Source: Octopus vulgaris (taxonomy: Eukaryota). From it: a stretch of DNA of 64,000 bases. Positions 38,363 to 58,405 of the stretch are shown in pieces (within the stretch, counting starts at the first letter, position 1; the number at the start of each line of letters is the position of its first letter). Location of the stretch: the NCBI GenBank assembly GCA_951406725.2, contig OX597817.1:83452001-83516000 (forward strand), read 5' to 3'. The notes below the pieces were generated by a model. The model made no database searches. It had not been told where the DNA came from and was given only the letters and a program-made list of their open reading frames with translations. The position numbers and the translations under genes are program-made.

Positions 38363-38633
38363 TTAGAAAAATTGAGGAAAGTGCAATTGGAAACTTTATT
38401 AACTCCTCGAATTCTTTTATTTCCGTACGTGTAACGATAACTGCATTATAAAATCTTACCTCTTCTAATAGTGAAATAATTATAATTATGTGATGATAAT
38501 CATCACATAATTATAATTATTTCACTATTAGAAGAGGTAAGATTTTACAATGCAGTTATCGTTACACGTACGGAAATAAAAGAATTCGAGGAGCTAATAA
38601 AGTTTCCAATTGCACTTTCCTCAATTTTTCTAA
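38363..38633. repeat. Near-perfect 271-bp palindrome
   Basis: 135-bp arms, 1-nt spacer at 38498, two mismatches found by eye. Confidence 0.95.
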
Positions 38634-39277
38634 TTGGCCAATATAAATCCACATTTTGAAAACTAAAAATGACGAAACGTATTACCATTAGCCCAAGATA
38701 TTTTACGTGGCCTTTCATTACATAATTTATGCAAGATAGATTATGAAATCTTTTTATAAAAAAAAATTTTGCTTTGGTAGGATCAATATGGCGTCGAAAA
38801 CAAGACCTTGCAGTATTTGTTATGTGTTCAAATCCTGCCGGTATTAACTTTGAATTTTATTCCTCTGAGATCGGTATAATAAAAAACCAACCAAAAAAGT
38901 GGAGCCAGTGCTATCGACTATGCCCCTCCTCTACAAAACTTCTGGCCTTGTGCCTTATCAGAAACAACTATTTCCAGATGGTTGATAAAGACCTGTGGTG
39001 TCAGAGGATTACTGTTAAAAATTCTAATTTTAGTAATTCATCTACAATAGCACCTCACAACTTCCCAATGTAGTTGTCTTTCTTGTTATTGATGTTTATT
39101 TCCGTACAGTGTGTTCTAGGTGACCAAACAATCAGCAGAGTATAGTGACTAGAAATATTTGACAGGTTTTAAACTTATATTCAAAAGAATACTAAATATA
39201 AATCTAGAACACTTGTAAGAAGATACGCGTTGGATCTAGGTGTGTGAGAATGCATTATTGTATAGGCTTAACATTAT

Positions 39278-42658
<3,381 letters not shown>

Positions 42659-43844
42659 CGGAGAGAGAGACAAACAGACAGAGATCAAAACAGAAAAAGT
42701 AAAGTAAAAGGAAAATGTAAAATAAGATGTTCTTCATAGTGGAACGAATGCCTAGGGTTATGTACGGTCAGTTACTTAGAATGTACTTGTCTACATTAAA
42801 ACATCGTATAAAAAATTCCTTTCTATACATGGCGAAGTCCTTGAAAAGAGTAAACTTTGGAAATTCCAGGTCTACTCATGTAGGCTAATCAGCACTTCTT
42901 GAATCCATTCCTAGAAGCCCTTTGTTTCTCGCGTAATCACCAGTTGGTGTAATAGTATTTTTGTCTTTTAAAGACTATATATAACCTACCAGTGTTTTAG
43001 ATGACTGTCTCAATAGATGTTTCATAATCTTTGCTTAAATTAACTTTCAACCATGTTTATATATTTTTTTCTTTGTATCATTACTCCTATGTCTACAACT
43101 GATTTTCATATGAGACTAATATATACCCAGAATTATATTGAGTTGTGAGATTAGAAAACATGAATAAATGGTTTATAACTACGTGGCTATTACGTCAAGA
43201 GTCAATATCTATACTCATATCTCTTTTATTTATGTTTCATTTAATACTTATTCAATTTTGATCTAAGTTCCTCCCACACTTCAGTAAAGAGTAAATCAGA
43301 CAGTATTCAACTGAGGATATATCTGAGTTATGGTTCTTGGCCGATATCTTCCGTTTCCTTTGTCACAAAATCAGCATAATCTCATTCATTTTCTATTTTC
43401 TCTGCTTGATTACATTCAGTGACCATCATTCCCGTCTAAAAAACATATGTTATGCTAGCTTTATTTTGTATTTCTTAACATCGTAAATGGATCCTACTTC
43501 ATATATGAAACCAATCTTGACTTGTTTATCTATGTTGTGTTATATCTAGTTTCTAGTCCTAACACAAGCAGAGACGACGTTTTTTAAAATGACATTCATT
43601 AATTCTGAAGTTGTTTTGCATGAGGATATAAACATTTGAAGATTCATGTGCGTGTGTACTTGTATGTGTGTGTGTCCGTGCGTGTGTGTGGGCGGGTGCT
43701 CGCGCGTGTGCACGTGTGTGTGCGTGTGTGTGCGTGCGCGCGAGCAGGGAAAAGTTTGTATGTGTTACTATATACGAACACATTCAGAAATAACTCAATG
43801 CATTTGCTACAATTATTATTTAACATTGTGATATAGTTGTGACG

Positions 43845-44160
43845 GCACATAGCTTAGCGGTAAGGGCTTTCGGCTCACAATCGTAATTTTGTGTGTTCGA
43901 TTCCCGGTAGCGCGTTATGTCTGGGCATGATGCTTTATTTGACGTTCCTTCTGTCCATTCAGCTGGCAGAAATGGGTTGTACCTGTAAGCAAAGGGCCAG
44001 CCTTGACACATTCTCTTCTTTAGAACTACGTTGTGGTTGTACCCGCTTGTTTTTGACTCAACTGCTTGCACGTTAATTACAAGAGTAGGCTGTTCCGTTG
44101 AATGGATCAACTGGAAATACTCGCCTTCGTAACAGATGGGATTCCAATGATATAGTTCCA
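43845..44160 (+). mobile_element. Diverged tRNA-derived SINE (family C-related)
   Basis: Head tagcttagcggtaaggg...gttcgattccc; body resembles the reverse complement of 52523-52720. Confidence 0.7.
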
Positions 44161-44288
44161 GCAAACAACATTTCGTTATTCAGCATCACGTCCTTTCTAT
44201 TGGAATATCCCTACATTCACTGATTGATCAAAAATGGTCCCTATCGAATTTAGGTATTATAAAACTTGTATGGTGTATATATACTTAG

Positions 44289-44319
<31 letters not shown>

Positions 44320-44374
44320 TACACACACATATATATATATACATTTATATATATATTTATGTATATATATATAT

Positions 44375-44580
44375 ATAGAATGGTTGTATACTGTCAACTT
44401 AACGTGACAGTAGGGGATTACACCACCGTTGTTTAGCCCTAGGAAGCGTCGATGCTTCCTAGGGCTAAACAGTGGTGGTGTAATCCCCTACTGTCATGTT
44501 AAATTGACAATATACGACCATTCTATCACCCCACCACCGTACATATCTCTATGAGATATTTAGAAATTTAATATTTCTGA
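44375..44580. mobile_element. Fold-back fragment of the 15855-16402 family, in (TA)n
   Basis: 76-bp-arm palindrome 44375-44526 with apex TCGA (44449-52); 44449-44580 is homologous to the reverse complement of 15855-15997. Confidence 0.85.
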
Positions 44581-44594
44581 TATATATATATGTA

Positions 44595-44646
<52 letters not shown>

Positions 44647-45517
44647 TACGTGCTGGTTATCTCATCCCCATTAAAAAATTCTCATTCAAATATTGGGTCA
44701 TCTCCCCACTAAAAAGTTGATTTTATGTAGCGACAAGAGATCGGATTAAAAGGCTTAGATCCTTTTGATTCAATACTTCAACACATGTTGACTTTCAGCC
44801 TCCTCAATAGGCATGGTATGATTTGTTATAAAAATTTTATTAGATTCAATAAGATGTTAAAATGTTTCAGTTTCCATATTTGTTAATTTTTTCAGTTTTG
44901 TATGATTTGTTATAAATATATTATCAGATTCATATGAGGTAGCGATTATCAGATTGCGCAATTACCAGTTTTTTTATGGTGACACCGTCACTAGATGTAT
45001 CAACAATCAGAGCATGGGAAGATTCCAACCGTTTACTTTCATTATTATTATTATCACCACTGATATTAATTTCATTTGTTTACGATTTTTCGTTGTTAAT
45101 ACTTTGTAATCCGACGTGTTTTATTATAATAATAACATGCGTTATTATTATCACTATTATTACCATCATTATCATTATTTCTATTTATTATTAAAAAGTG
45201 TTATTAAGTGTTGTTTAGTTTCAACTTTTGTCTTGTACTTGAGATAATCATAAATATGTGAGGGTTTAACGGAATAGTAGGAGCACGAGAAATACCTTGG
45301 TGAATAGATAAAAATTCCACAGGTCTGTAAATAGATTCGGCAGATGGTAAAGAGGTCAACAATGAACATTCCTGTGCGATAAGGACACAAAACAGGGCTC
45401 ACACCTTTGGAGCCAGCAGAGGTTTAATGTGTTTGCGCGATCAATGAGAACGCTGATCTTGGCCTTCAAAAAACCAATTCACCTTGTTCTATTTTTATTA
45501 CTGATAGAAAAATAATT

Positions 45518-45557
<40 letters not shown>

Positions 45558-45718
45558 TGATGTACTGATGTTCACATCGCCGAATTTTTGAATTTCTGCA
45601 TTCTTTTTTTCTTTGAAACTATGGTTTACAGTTTTTGCAATTGCAATTGTGCAGTTTGTATATATTGGCAGGTGTTTACCTCTTTAATTTTTTTTATCAT
45701 GCGTTTAATTGTGTTGTT

Positions 45719-46115
45719 GCAATAAAATGCATGTTTACATATTCGGGTAGTCAAGGAGAAAAGAAAGATAAAATTTTCACACAAAATTGTAGATATTACA
45801 GTTTTTAAGTTTTCTAGAGATGTTTGTTTGTATGTCAGATTAGAGGAGACTGTAGTGTTTTTGCAATAAAAATGATGTTTACATTCTCGAATACTCAGGA
45901 AGAAAGGAAAGAAAAGGAGGATAAAATTTTCACAGAAAATTTTAGATATTAAAGTTTTAAAATTTACTACTGTTTGTCCGAACAGAGAAAACTGTAGTGT
46001 TCTTAGAATAAAAAGGATGTTTACATTTTCGAATACTCAGGGAGAAAGGAAAGGATAGGTAAATATTGAAGTTTTTAAAGCTGATCGTTTGTGTGTTCGA
46101 AAACTGTAGATATGT
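45719..46115. repeat. Diverged tandem repeat, ~145-bp unit, ~2.7 copies
   Basis: Recurrent aataaaa..atgtttacat..tcg..ta.tca.gg.gaaag...atatt..agtttt...actgtag. Confidence 0.8.
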
Positions 46116-46275
46116 AAGTCTCAACTTATTTTGAGGGAAGTTTAAAATACTGGCAGGAAATTGTAGATATTCCATTCTTTGAAAGTTATTTTTCAGTTGT
46201 CCTAGTGTTTCTGTGTCTTCAGCTGCTGACTGGTCCGAGCAACGAAGAATACGTCCAGCCGCTGTCGAGGCTGGC

Positions 46276-46379
<104 letters not shown>

Positions 46380-46439
46380 TAGTTGTAGTAGTAGCAGCAG
46401 CAGCAATGGTATTATCACTATCAATAACACTAGTAATAG

Positions 46440-46940
46440 TAGTAGTGGTGGTATCGGTCGTATTAGAGTTATTTATATTAGTATTAGTGGTGGTGTTATT
46501 AGTATTTTTGTGACTTTGACCTATATTATGATTATATACATTTACGTAGTAGGAATTAAGTTTACGTTTATTGGAAGAGGTAACAATAGATTCTATATTG
46601 GGCAGAGAGGAGTAGGATAATTTTAGGGTAAATCTATTAAAGATTGAATGGTACTTACGTTGACGTGGGAAGTTAGAGTCTACTATCTGAAAGAATGTTT
46701 TGGCTAAGCCCTAAACGGTTAAGACGAATGGGGGTGTAAACCAGAGAACTGATCTACCCCCGCTCTTGTCAGACAATATAGGGGAAGTATAATCTATAGT
46801 ATTTGTTAGAGGTGAGTTGTGGGCGCCATTGTTGTTTATCTGTTTGAGTTTCGATCGAGTGTTATACAGGTGAGATTAGGGCCGACGGGAGTGTCTCACC
46901 CGAGGTCCTTCCAAGTTACTAGCAGGGGTTTTAGTTTAGC
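46440..46940 (-). pseudogene. Penelope-like element linker fragment
   Basis: Manual translation RSVLWFTPPFVLTV*GLAKTFFQIVDSNFPRQRKYHSIFNRFTLKLSYSSLPNIESIVTSSNKRKL matches the PLE pattern WFNPP...FP....H.IFNR..LKLSYS..PN. Confidence 0.85.
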
Positions 46941-48305
46941 ATTAACTGCTTAGTGGCTTTTCCCTGCAAATTAAATTCATGGTAAACGCTAGGCTTAAAA
47001 AACACATCGTTAATCTCAGTCCCGAAGAGACACGCCCCATTACTAGACAAATAAACCATTTCACTATAATTAGACAAACTAAAACCCCCGCTAATAATTT
47101 AGAAGGACCACGGGTGAGACATTTCAAAATCCATTTCAAATTACATTCTAATTTCTTAAAACAAATCATGCGTTGGCTAATGTAGCTCTAGATACAGTAT
47201 TTCTCAAATTTGAATTGGATGGTCAGCATTAGAACGCATTTGATGATATGTCTATTGTATAATTACAGCAACAAGAACGATTCTATAGCCATCGTTCGAC
47301 TCCAATTATAAACATAGAGAACAATTGATTGATCATTGATATATTGCAGGAACTTTTATGAATTTAAAGTAAGAAACCAAATATTACTGGCGAATAAAAT
47401 AACGAAAATTTTAAATAAAAAAACTAAACATTAATAACAAAAATTGAAGAATATGAGTAAATCGATGAAAAAATTCGATTTATTTTGACTATTTTTAGAT
47501 TGCTGTTCAATTCACCGATTTCCATTTCACGGAATATATTTAAAAAGTATGATATTTTTCGGTCTTCAATCTATTTTCATATTTACATTGATTGTCATTT
47601 AATCCTTCAATACTTTCCTTTACCACAAGCTCATCTCTTCTACGTTTCTTCTTCAGAGTTTCTTTTTCTCTTCTCTCTAGCACCGTTTTACTTATTACAC
47701 CATCTACGTCTTTATCATCATTGCTGGCATCCACTACCAAGCTTAGCTCCAGATAATTTTTTTTCCTAATTTCTAATTTCGCAATCTCCCCTATCTCTCA
47801 TATTTTATTTGTGACTTTCTTTGGTATATAATAATGATTTTACTGATTGCTTTTTCAACGTTTACTCTCCTTAATTTTCCTCTCTCACACTCTCTTTCTG
47901 TTTCACTTTCTCTTCCTTTATTTTTCTTCCTCTTCGTTATTCTTAAATCTACTTTAAGTTCCACACCGATTGACTCCTAGCTTTTGTTTCCTAAGTAAAG
48001 CTTGTGGATCTAGAATATATATTTGAAGAATTTGGTGACAGAGATTTTAAAGTCTCCGTTATGCATCAAGAATCGATTGAGAAGTTCAGTGGCTAGTATT
48101 AGAGTAAAGAAATATGTTATATTAAAAACAAAGCACAAAAGACGCAGTGATCGATGAAATAAAAATGAAGAGATTTTTAGTTTCATATGGGAGAAAAGAG
48201 ATTCAGTACTAAACCACTGAATAAGCAGAGAAACTCTGAGTACAGAGGGAGTTAATCATCAACTAATTCCAAACTGTATATACATGCGTGTACGTATGCA
48301 TATAT

Positions 48306-50660
<2,355 letters not shown>

Positions 50661-51390
50661 TCATGAATAGATAATGTGGAAATTTGAATATTATGTTTTT
50701 TGATAGAACTAACATTGTTCTTGATGTATGCCATACTTGGTTTGCCTGGGTTGTATTTCTGCTGAGTGAGAGCATCTTCAATTTAGAAGTATTTTCTTAT
50801 ATCTGAGGGGTTAGTCTTAACTTAATGAAACTTTTACGTTGTGTTAATTTTAATACAATATTTATGTGTACATTTTCATAAATGTTTGTCTGAGTAGAAT
50901 TCCACGATTGCGTGAAACATCGGACGAATGTGAAAGATTAGAAGCACATCGAAATATTGCCCGAAAATGACCTCAAAATTGTGCTACCCGACTTCATTTC
51001 CGAGGTTATATTGGTGGTAAAAAAAGAGTTGTTGTGCCAAAAACAGGGTTTATTTGGTACATTGAAGATAATCAGCTTTCCTGTCACTAATTCTGTGAAA
51101 CATTACTTTCATTATTCACACATAGTCACTCTCATAATGCAACACTTTGTAATATGGGTTCAAACTGAAAGTCTGAAACTATTTTCATTTTCTAATGAAG
51201 TCTGGTCGTTGTAGAACAGTGTATTTCAAATAACTACAGCTGGTTGTTGAGACAATGAAAATAAAGTTTATTCGGTACCCGGAAGATTACTTAATCTTTA
51301 GAAACCCCATACGTCAAAGTCAGCAGCTCAATTTCCGAATGCATAAGGAACATACGGACGCACACACATACGCACTCACATATACACACT

Positions 51391-51425
<35 letters not shown>

Positions 51426-51429
51426 ATAG

Positions 51430-51572
51430 AAATAATCAGAAAAGGGAGAAGACCTCACATTAACAAACACATCAATCGGACCACACTTATAGCTTACTTA
51501 TTAATAAAGCTATAAATGTGGTCTAATCGATGTGTTTGTTAATCAGAGGTTTTCTCCATTTTCTGATTATTT
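51430..51572. repeat. ~65-bp-arm hairpin between (TG)n tracts
   Basis: aaataatcagaaaa...ttatagctt / aagctataa...ttttctgattattt. Confidence 0.9.
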
Positions 51573-52057
51573 GTGTTATATATATGTTTGTGTGTGTGTG
51601 CGTGCGTGCGTGCGTGCGTGCGTATGTGTGTGTGTGTGTGTGCACGCGCGTGCGTGCGGGTATGTGTACTGGGAGGAGACTAGTACATTAACATCGACCA
51701 CAGTGCTCGATTGGTACTTATTTTATCGACCCTTAAAGGATGAAAGGCAAAGGCGACCTCAGCGAAATTTCAACTAAGAACGTAAAAACGAACGAAAAAT
51801 ACGATATAATACATTCAAGCATACCCAGTATAAATATATCAAACATGAATATATCAAATATAAATTTTTCTCTATAAATCAAGAAGATAAGGTACGCCTT
51901 AATCGATTTTTAATTTTTATTGTTGTCTCATTAGCGGAGACTACATTACTTGTTCAATACCAGAGAAGCAAGTAGCCAACCCAGATCAAATCTAGTAATT
52001 TCAGTTCTCTCGAGGTACTAATTAGTTACCTCTTTCTCTACTTCTCTCTCCCCTCTT

Positions 52058-52121
<64 letters not shown>

Positions 52122-52221
52122 AAGTTAATCCAAACAAGAAAGCACAAAACAACACAACAACGCGAGGACGTGGAACAAATATAGTATTATTGGACGCTCA
52201 GGAAAGAAGGAAAGAAGGAGG

Positions 52222-52252
52222 GTTTAACGTTTCGAGCGGAGCTCTTCGTCGG
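52222..52252 (-). ncRNA. Hammerhead-like core (CCGACGA) in a ~200-nt unit (52122-52320) next to (TA)n
   Basis: On - strand CCGACGA-A-GAGC tcc GCTC-GAAA-CG-TTA; palindromic AACGTT stem III; stem I not intact. Confidence 0.6.
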
Positions 52253-52487
52253 AGAAGGAAAGATCCAGAGAAGGGAAGACACAGGAAAAAAATCGCCAAC
52301 GGTACGCACGCGGTCACATATATATTAAAAAACGCCGAAACAATGCATTGTCTAAAGAAGAACAGGGTAAATGTTTTTTTAAATTTTTCCTTAGATTTCG
52401 GAATTACTACTATTTGCGGTTAGAACCCTGGCTGCTATTTCTAGTGGGTCGAACGGCCTATTGTAGCCGTTCCTCAATTGTTGTTGA

Positions 52488-52518
<31 letters not shown>

Positions 52519-52522
52519 TATA

Positions 52523-52860
52523 AACGTAGCACTCCGTCGATTACGACGACGAGGGTTCTTGTTGATCCGATCAACAAAACAGCCTGCTCGTGAAATTAAC
52601 GTGCAACTGGCTGAGCACTCCACAGACACGTGTACCTTTAACGCAGTTCTCGGGGAGATTCAGCGTGAAACAGTGTGGGACAAGGATGGCCCTTTGAAAT
52701 ACAGGTACAACAGAAACAGAAGAAAGAGTGAGAGAAAGTTTTGTGAAAGAGAACAGCACGGTTCGCCACCCCAAACCCCTTCCTGCGCCTCGTGGAGCTG
52801 GAGGTGTTTTCGCTCAATAAACAATCACAACACCCGGTCTGGGAATCGGGCCATTGCGTC

Positions 52861-52863
<3 letters not shown>
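52523..52863 (-). mobile_element. Family C-related SINE with an internal head deletion, between (TA)n tracts
   Basis: Shares aggtgttttcgctcaataaaca...cggtctgggaat...ggccattgc with 15473-15578. Confidence 0.75.
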
Positions 52864-52914
<51 letters not shown>

Positions 52915-54472
52915 ATATATATATTGATAGATATATAGACATAGATATATAGTTATAGATATAGATATACATATATAATATATATACATATATATATATT
53001 TACATACATTTACATATATATATATATATATGTATGTATGTATGCATATATCAGATAGATTATATATAATGTCATATTTTAACATTTATATGCTATATCT
53101 ATGTGTGTGTTTAAATAACATACATAAATAGTATATACGTATAATATATATAATACATATATATAAAACTTACCCACGTATATGTATGTATTTATATATG
53201 AATGTAAATGCATGTGTGTCCGTGTGTGTGTGTTATGTTAGTTAAGTGTCATCTTTACTGTTCAGTTGGACCTTAATAGATGTTTACTTCGATTTACGTA
53301 TTCTCGACTGGTGAAAATAAAAGTGTGATTTACTGCACAATCTAACAATTAATTGAGCAAATAACAGCAATGCATTCGTGATTTTTACCAAATAGACGAG
53401 AAAAAAAAAGGTAAGATTGTCAAGTAGAAAACATATAAAATATACAGATGAATCAGTGACTAGAAACGTCTTATTTTTTTCTTTTTCCGTCTCCGAAAGT
53501 GTGTTTAAATGACATTCATTAATTCTGAAGATGCTTTGCATGAGGATATAAACATCTTCAGATGTTTAACGTTCACTTTTGATGTTATTTACACTATGTA
53601 TGTAGATAGATCTACGAGTAGGAAATAACAAGACACTTAATAGTTACTTGTGCAATATAGATGTATACCTGAATATAAAGGAGGAAGAAGAACGTGTATG
53701 GCTGCCTGAGCCAAGAGGTCTGTTTGGCAGTCAAGATTGAAATGATTCAGTTTTACATCCTCCTGTGAGATCAACTTGCATAAATATGTTTTTACGTACC
53801 ATCGAGTTAATAGATGCCTTAAATAAAGCATCCTAGACAGAGGCTTTGCGAAAGTTTGTCAGACGGTGGAAATTCACTGCATTTTAGAGGGTAGACTAAA
53901 TTCCGGAGGAAGACATTAACAGCTACCTCAGTCACTTTCCAAGTAAGCGTTTTTGAATATCTCATAAGGGTATTTAAAGTCAAACATAGATTGATAGATT
54001 CTTTTCGGATGTAACTAATCTGTACAGATATTTCATATGTTGATATGGATATTTCTATATCTTCTTACATACATACATATATATACAAATATGTGTATTT
54101 ATATATAATACTACAAAATACATCACAAAACTCTGAGTAACAGTTTTTGTGATGTCTTTGCAGCTTTATTAATAAAGCTTATTATTCTACCTCCGGTATT
54201 CGAGTACTATTTTTCCCGTCTTGTTTCACATTTATGTCCTTATTCTGGTATGTGTGTGTGTGTGCGTGATTGTGATTGTGTTTGTGTCTGTGTGTTTAGT
54301 AGAATAATAAATAGAAAGTACAGTCTTTGGTACGGTATAATATATATGAAAAAATGAAGAGAAACGGCTTTTCTGCTAATTTTCCCACATTAATAATTAG
54401 CTGTTTAAATTTATAAACATCTAATTATTAAACTGGAAAAATTATCAGAAAAGCCATTTCTATTCATCTTTT

Positions 54473-54615
<143 letters not shown>

Positions 54616-55108
54616 ACCAGGTGTAGTCAGAAAGAAAAGTATTCGCCTTGGGGAGTAGGAAGCCTGACGAACAAGTGGTGTGTTTTGCTTGACGAGGAAT
54701 GCTTGGGCGAAGTGGGCGCAATGAGCGGGTGCGTTGGTATGGTGGAGTTGCCAGTTCTTTGCTGTTCACAGGTCGGGTCGTTTTCGCCGCACAGCTTCCC
54801 AAAGGCGACAAAGAACTCACGGGTAGAATCATTTGTTAATTGTAACCAAGTTCTTGACAGAATTTGATACAGTACCTTTGCTCAATGCGCTCGGTCGTAT
54901 TGACTCAAAAAGAAAAATCGCACAGCACACTCTTTACGTCTGTACTCAAGGTGTCACTGAGGGTGAATGGCGGAACCTACAGACATGAATATGTTAGCGC
55001 ATGCTCAGGAAGAACGCGACGACCCAATACCCATGCGGATTTTGCCCACGCATTATTATTTTGGGCAAATAAAATTAAGGTCATATTCTTTTTTACTACA
55101 CTCCCTAT
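54616..55108 (-). mobile_element. Internally deleted mariner transposon
   Basis: Fragments TERIEQRYCIKFCQELG and EAVRRKRPDL*TAKNWQLHHTNAPAHCAHFAQAFLVKQNTPLVRQASYSP (mariner HDNAP..H and PYSPD motifs); TIR-like start TATAGGGAGTGTAGTAAAAAAG. Confidence 0.85.
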
Positions 55109-55878
55109 ACATATATATATAAAAGTGTGTGTGTGAGAGAAAGAGAAGAACAATTAAAACTTTTTGGGGGTATCCTAAAAGAGAGAAAAAATTGATTTCT
55201 GATAAAGACTCATGATGTTCATAAAAATCAGCCAGAGCAAGTAATGAGAATATGAAAATAATATTTAAGGAGTTTCGTTATAGGTATAGAAATATACCAT
55301 AGACAAGTATTAAAAAATAGAGAAAAAATGTTGAATCAGAAATAGATTTATTGCAAAACTGGATTCAATGAATTATTTCAAAAAATAATGTAAATAATGT
55401 AAGAAAAAAAATTTAATCATAGTAATTATAATTAGATTTAAATTTATGGATTGTCATTCTCATCAGTGTGAGGAATCTTTTGAAGAACATCAAGAAAGTT
55501 TAATAAGATGAAATAGAATAAAATAAAATAAAAATAAAAATAAAATACGATACAATAAGAGATCACAGATGGGGCAGTAAGGAAAAATCGGACAATTTAC
55601 AAATTACGTTGTGAAAGGGAAAAATAATGATAACAACAATAATAATAGTGAGAGAGACGAAAAAGAAAAAGAAAGACATATCAATGTGCATGCAAGTCTA
55701 TATGTGCAGTAAAACACAAGAATCTAACGGATATGTTTAAAAAAATAGTAACACATCGAGACGAAATACAGCGTAAACAAGGCCACGTGTGCTTAGTATA
55801 GTACAACGTAACAATTTCACTAGCAGAAGAAAACCATAAAGAGTTATACGTATACATTTGTATACTATTGTAAAACGA

Positions 55879-55950
<72 letters not shown>

Positions 55951-56999
55951 ACTATTGTGAAACGAATATATATATATTGCCAGAAACTTAAAGCTGAGAA
56001 ACAAAACTATGTTTGAGAATGATTCAATATATAAGTAGAAATGTACATGCACGTACATTTCGAACTTTCTAAATTACATTTGTTAACGTAAATTTCATCA
56101 GTTCTCATCGGCTAGATTCACCTAGAAAAAATCTCAAATGTCTCTACATATACATAGTTAATAAAAAAAACAAAAACAAACGCAAAAAAACAACAATGCG
56201 AGTACGTGGTACATGTAGAATATTAGCAGACGCTCAGAGAAGGAAATATATATATATATATATATATATAAAACGCAAATTGGTTGAGGTTCACAACAGC
56301 TGTTTGAGACGAGTGTGTTTACAGATGAACATAATTGCATCATGAAAAAATATTTCTTTCATTTGAATAACATTTGTAATCCAAAACTTAACATCTAGTA
56401 TTATGCTCATGAAGAATATAGAATTATTTTGATTCTAATCTCCGTGACGATCGAGAGCATGAATGGGAAAAGGTTACTTTGACATTATAAACATAATAAA
56501 CCTGTCAACACAGCAGAACGCACATCCAGTTAGACCTAAGTTAGAGTTGAAAAGCTTTGGCGCCAAACGTTTACATCATGCCCAACCAGTGGATCCAGTG
56601 AAATTGCTGAGTTGTGGAGATATGTGTCTTTTCCTTTAAAAGTTCGTGTCACCTGCCTGTATTTTTTCCACTCAGATACAATAAAGATATTTGCATGCAA
56701 CAGGATACAGATATTGAGAGAAAGAGAGAGATATAGAGAGAGAAACAAAGAAAGGGAAAGAAAAAGGGGACACTCTGGAATGTTCGAGAAAAAAAAGGAT
56801 GGAAGAGAAAAAAATAAACACCGGTCTCCTAAAAATAAGCAACTTGTTTCTGTATAACAATAACCGATATAATGTTGTTTGGTTGATTTCTCCATTCACA
56901 TTTTACAACGAATAAAGAGAATGGTAGACAGAGCAAACAGAGAAGTACAGTAACAATTAATTTAAAATTTACCAAAAACACTTCACGTATGAGACTTTG

Positions 57000-57450
57000 T
57001 AACAAGCGAATCAAAACCAAGCTATTCATTGCAACTGTCGAGTCAGTGCTGTTATATGGTAGTGAAACATAGACACTAACCAAGAACTCACCAAACGGAT
57101 TAGGTGGCTGCTACACAAGGATGCTATGAATGACCTTAAATGTGAAATGGCAGCAACATATGACAAACGAATGCTTTTGCGGAGACTTGCCGAAAGTTAG
57201 CGAGATGATCAAGCAAAAGCAGTCCCGACTTACTGGTCGCTGCGTGCGTCACCCTGAACTGGATGCATCCAAATTAGTCTTGTGGAACTCACTATATGGT
57301 GATATAAGAAAGAAAGCATCGTCACACTTACATCGTCAACTTGGTCGCATATGCTGGCCTGGAGTTTATCCGAGACCTCGAGGCAGTGATACTGGACCGA
57401 GAAGTGTGACGGGTAGGCTTTATTGTTGCAGCCCGGGTTGAAACCCGGTC
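57000..57450 (+). pseudogene. RTE-clade LINE 3' fragment
   Basis: RIKTKLFIATVESVLLYGSET*TLTK...GGCYTRML*MTLNVKWQQHMTNE...GDLPKVSE...RLTGRCVRHPEL.ASKLVLW. Confidence 0.9.
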
Positions 57451-58360
57451 ATAAAAGAAAAATAAATTTCTCAAAAGTTCACATTATTTTAATAACATTT
57501 TTGCAGAGATAGCTTTTCTATGGTACAAATTGCGATTATGCTGATAGAATTTGGAACACTAGCAATATATATTTATTACAAATATACAGCTGAGAAACTC
57601 GTTCCGTTTCTTTTAAGATGATAATTTCTTTTCTTCTGAAAGTTAGAATTCATTTCATCTACTTTGGTCAATTTCATCAACTTGACCTTTTGCGACGGTA
57701 CCCCAGAGTGGCTGCAACATATTGAATGGTGGCAAAATTTACTTCTAATGTCATATAATGGGTAAGATTCTAGTAGTTATTTTTATTTGGTTTCCCGATA
57801 TCTGTAGAATTTTACGCACATCATCTCATACATACAGACCCACATACTCATACATACATACATGCATAAGCGCACACACGCACACACATCGCATACATAC
57901 ATACACATACACATGCATACACACATGTACACAGACATACACATACATGCAGACGAATAATACACACGCATACAAACAGGCGCGCGCACACACATGCGCA
58001 CATACCACGAAAATGCAATTACATTTTATCTCAATAGGTCCAAAAACGATTTGTAATGTAAATGATTATCAAAAGACAAAACAAATATCAGTGACAGAAA
58101 TACATTTAGGCTTGGCAAAGTTTAACCACTTCACCCCACCCCACGCACTGGCCACAATCGATTTCTTCAAATCGGGTAGGGGACAGACAGAACGAAAGAC
58201 TTGGAGAAACAGGAATTGAATTATTTATTTAGCGACCCGGAATGGATGAATAATTGAAACTCAGTGTGATTTGAACTCAGAGTGCGGAGCACCGGAACGA
58301 TTAACGCAACACAATTTATGCGACGAATTAAGGAATTTACAGAACCACATAAACACTCAT

Positions 58361-58405
<45 letters not shown>

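Noticed and set aside
45719-46115. CRISPR-like array
   Set aside because: Whole units are homologous with no unique spacers, no cas genes, eukaryotic context.
46195-46230. CTGAAGA-caca-GAAAC on - strand
   Set aside because: No stem II or stem I pairing.
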